A stretch of 64,000 nt of DNA from Macrostomum lignano (lineage: Eukaryota): positions 62,001 through 126,000 of the forward strand of contig NIVC01001568.1 in NCBI GenBank assembly GCA_002269645.1, read 5' to 3'. A program made the position numbers and the translations under genes. The notes beneath the pieces were generated by a model. It had not been told where the DNA came from. It did not search any database and saw nothing but the letters and a program-made list of their open reading frames with translations. This document shows, in pieces, positions 59,991 through 64,000 of the stretch (its first letter is position 1; every line of letters starts with the position of its first letter).

Positions 59991-61403
59991 TACGAGTACG
60001 AGTACATGTATATGGACAAATTTGTAATGCTACACGTGTACAAAATCATTGCAATTCACCAGCTTCATAAAAGCAAATTAAACACCAGTTAAAAAGCTAC
60101 ACTACCTAAAAAGGACATGATTTCATCACAACTTCTTAAGTTTTCAAAGTCAACATGTAACTGCAAGAACAGAGCACTTTAAAATGAGTTTTTTAAAAGG
60201 CCGATACACGTATAGCAAATCTATTTAAAATCCTAAAAACTAATTTCATGTCGTTGCAACGGAGCAGAAAACCACGAAGGGTATAGTCACAGGGAACAAA
60301 CCATTCTCCTAAGAATATAACCAATAAACTTGAAGCGACAATAACTTAAACATACTGGTCTTCAGAGCTTAACTTATTGCTAGATTCGTCAATGCATAAG
60401 AGCGTCAGCAATAGCCCCTTATTAGTTCGTTAAGTCCGCGTCCGCGGCGCATTGTCGAACATCCCGGCCTTCATCGGCGGCACCAGCAACCAGACGCCAC
60501 CGCTTGGCGCCACCAGAGCTTCCGCTGTGCAACGCGGCGTCTGTCAGGCAGCCGTCGAAGCCGACTGGTTGAGCAGACGGCCAAAGAGAGCGCCTTGAGC
60601 CCAGAGCCGCCGTCAGGTGGTGCCCATGGAGCTGCCAGGTCGAGCGGTCGATACCACCTGATTTTAATAGAGTTGTGAGATTCGCTGACAATGACTGCAG
60701 GCTCAACAAAACTTTGAGAGTAAAAGAGTTTTGACTTTCAAATGTCGTCGGGCTCGTACGGTACAAGCAATATCCGACGTTTACCACGCCTATCAACGTC
60801 GCAGATAAATATGGGTACATCAAAGACAACTAAAGCAACGTATATACAGGACGCAACACTCGCAATCTATTGAAAATGCTTTGAAGGCCACTTTTCGTCA
60901 AAAATACACTACGAAGATAGGAAGTATTCATTTTTCAGCAGACAAATTGTTATTGCTTTTGATGGGAGGCCGCAGAACCTATTGCTATATTCATCTTTCG
61001 ATATGTTGTGCCTTTTTTATAGCTCTGTTGATATTCATAAAGATTTTCGTTCAGAAAATTAGGATTCCATGTTAATTTTTTATTCTACGTACACATATGT
61101 TCTGTGTCTAAAAACCATTAAAATGGCACAGCTCGGCTCATTGGTTTTATGAATCTTTCTTATCATTCTTAGCTGTGTAACAATATGTGTAATAAAGATG
61201 ATAGAACAGGTTCATAAAAACAAAGATTCAAGATGTGTCATGCTTTTTTATGATTTTTAGGTACAGGAAATGTACGTCGGCGGACATTGCAATGTTGCAT
61301 GGAAGGTCATTGCATGGATTAAATGCTGCTTGCTTACACTGAAAATTAGTATAAACAATTAGCGCAAGTAGTGCATTGTGACCAAAGGACTGCATGTACC
61401 TGT

Positions 61404-63192
61404 GATGGGTTGATGGGAAGCCTTCGGGCCTCAGGTCTCAGAAATAAATCAATTAGAGTCCTGCCCCACCCACTCCTGTCAGATGGTCAGCCCCATGGTA
61501 GCTTGATCTGTGGCGAGCAGTCTAGGTCCTATAGCTAAGAGAGGGACAGCGAGAGACAAGCAGGGAGAATTTTGAAGGTAGAGATCAGCTAATCCGCAGA
61601 TTAACTAACCCGCTGCCACCAGACCGTGCGTCCTGGCTCACCAAACTGGAACTTTCGAAATAGGGCTTTCGACTTGAAGGGGCTTAGCACTTACCTGCCG
61701 ACTAGTGTCTTTTTGCTGTCAATCTCGAAGCCATAGCCGATGATAAGGGACACTGCTGGGACTGATTGCATTGGCCATGCAGGTACAGAGGGGACTTGTG
61801 CAGGGGATTCTTACAGTGGAGAGTCTATGGGGTAGCTTCATGTACTATTACATTGCTAAATACGAGGAATTGTACTTTTGGCCTTCAACGCGCCAACCAG
61901 CCTCTCGTAGCGCTGATGATAGACTAACTCGAACTTCGGAGACCGCATGATTCATTACCCGGGCCGCTTGGCGAATCTAGAGTGCACAGAAGTACATCTC
62001 TAGCGCCGATTTTGCACCATTGGTAACTTCGCAAACTGATTTGATAGATTGATCGACTGAGAACTGCCTTGCCATTGGTCCACTGTGACCGGCGCCTACT
62101 AGCTTAGCTACTCATCTGAGCCGTCGGCGTACAAAGAAATAAAACTGTCAGATTTCACCTTCTCATCGGATCGCTTCACAACTTCAGATTGAATCGGAGT
62201 ATCAGACTACTAACAGTAGCTCGTATTATTGAATGATTTCTGCCTCAATAACAGCACTACTGAACAAAATGAGCAAAAGTGTGCGCCTAATCCAGCTACT
62301 GAAATAGGGGACAGATAAGGAATCACCCGATCAAGCAAGTCTAGGCAGCCTCTCACCCAACCAATCAGAAACTCAACAGCCGGAGACCAGGTAATCCACA
62401 GTGACCGAATCGGCTTAGTGCTTCGCAGCTGTAGGCCGGGGGATGATGATGTTGCAGTCTTCGCTGATAGCTAGCAGATGATAATCTTAAACTCATCGAT
62501 CGATGCCGTTGACCGTTGATTTGTTCTTGATGGAGAGGGGGTTGTCGCAATCCGGGGACGACGGTCGTGACTCCGGAGTAATAAGTCCGGGAGTCCAAAA
62601 GGGATGACGAAGTCATGACGAGGCGTCCGGAGGTTGAGTCCGAGCGGGAAAAAACATCGGTTTATATAGCTGCCAACTGGACCGCAATTTATTAAAATGG
62701 AACACCTCGACGCTGATTGGCTGAGCCGATTTGTTATAACTGACGTATAAATTTCTGATTGGCTGAGCTTGTTGCCACCCAAACTCACGTGACCAAAAGA
62801 TCCTATCAGTTCCTTCGGGGCCATAAAAACACGCCAGGTGCTGTCATAAATCACTCAAAATCGCTACAGAATGATTTGTGACCCTTCGCGTAGGAATTAC
62901 AAAAATTAATGAAAAAATATGCATTAGAAAGATCTTATTAAGTAGAAAGTGAGATGGTGAAGAGAACTCGATAATCCCTAATCCCAAAAGTACTTCTAGG
63001 GGTAAAACGCATTGTTGTCAAAGCTGTCAAACGCTTGAGTGAACACGAACAATAGGCCCTGACCTCATAAATCTCAAAAAATAATGAGAAAAACGCTACC
63101 GCCCGCATCCTCTCAGACCATCTGGCGCCAGCCTCAACACTGAGTGAGGCGCAGGTGGCTGTCAGACCAGCTCAAAAGCAATGATTTATGAC
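61404..63192 (-). repeat. ~1.8-kb interspersed repeat, copy B (inverted relative to A)
   Basis: Reverse complement aligns along the whole of 56265-58088 with scattered substitutions. Confidence 0.8.
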
Positions 63193-64000
63193 CCCAAAAG
63201 TAGCGAAAACCGCGCCTATGTTATTATAACTACAAGTATGGCAAAATCATATAGCTACAATTGCTATCTGGGGGGATGCTTGCTTTTTGCAGATGCTTGC
63301 TATCTGTGGTGATGCTTGCTACGAGCATTAGGGTATGCTTGCTATCTGCGGTTGCTTACTTTTGGAGGGGGATGCTTGCTATCTTGGGAACATTTTCTTA
63401 GGGGGAATGTCTGTTATCTTTGTGAAAGCTATATGTACTGTAGAAATGAAAAGACCGATGGTCCGCCAAACTGTTTTGGAGCTGAGGCTCAAGCGAGACG
63501 CTAACAAAACGAAAAGCGTAAACCGTACACAGGGCTAATAAGCCCTCTCGATGATATATTTATTGCAGTCAGTCAGAATCAGCCAGCGTGGAGGGGGGTG
63601 GGTGAGATGGGCCTGGGCTAAATCAGCGTACATAGAAAATTGAATAATAAACACGTACATTAAATCACGCAGTGGAATTGGAAAGAAAATCAATGCTACT
63701 AATCTACCTCCCAAACATACCCCCCACCTTGGCATAACAATGACAAAAACTATTCGAGGGATGAAACAATGAAAACGAATACGGTAATAGGAAAATATTC
63801 GAAAACGATGCGTGATACAAAATCGAACTCAAAAAGCAAAAAAGCAACGTTGCATGAAACATTGATGGCGACATTGTGAATGGTAGAAAATTAGAGCAAA
63901 AGGTGAAGATAAGTACGCAGATCGTAGATGACAATCGAAAATTTTGCAGAAGTACGTCAGCTATCATATAAAATTTCAAAATTGAACACGAACGCAGACT

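Noticed and set aside
60422-60829. Possible host exon with a LamG-like GFDGCL motif on the minus strand
   Set aside because: Single short motif with no supporting neighbouring exons; cannot be supported without a profile search.

Overview
Eukaryotic, almost entirely transposon-derived DNA. The host is probably an invertebrate animal, inferred from GT-AG introns, a tRNA-derived SINE and animal-type CMC/Polinton elements; the sequence does not prove this. The backbone is a decayed Polinton/Maverick (adintovirus-like) element, in pieces from ~10148 to its ACTACT terminus at 54063. It retains protein-primed PolB, an adenain protease, a fibre-like lectin protein, an HNH fragment and a PLA2-integrase ORF. 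Nested in or abutting it are three Ty3/Gypsy retrotransposons, two CMC/EnSpm-like DNA transposons with spliced two-gene modules, a SINE, MITEs and tandem repeats. After 54063 come a mini-Merlin, MITEs, a solo LTR and an inverted repeat pair. The top finding is a 307-nt group I (IC1-type) intron at 42503-42809 with complete, covarying P1-P10 pairings. It interrupts the YxGPG loop of the Polinton phospholipase A2 domain, which is fused in frame to the integrase, and an HNH-like gene lies immediately upstream. The second finding is a cold-shock domain plus coiled coil at the start of the frameshift-expressed Pol of the first Gypsy element. All domain calls are motif recognition by eye, not database hits.
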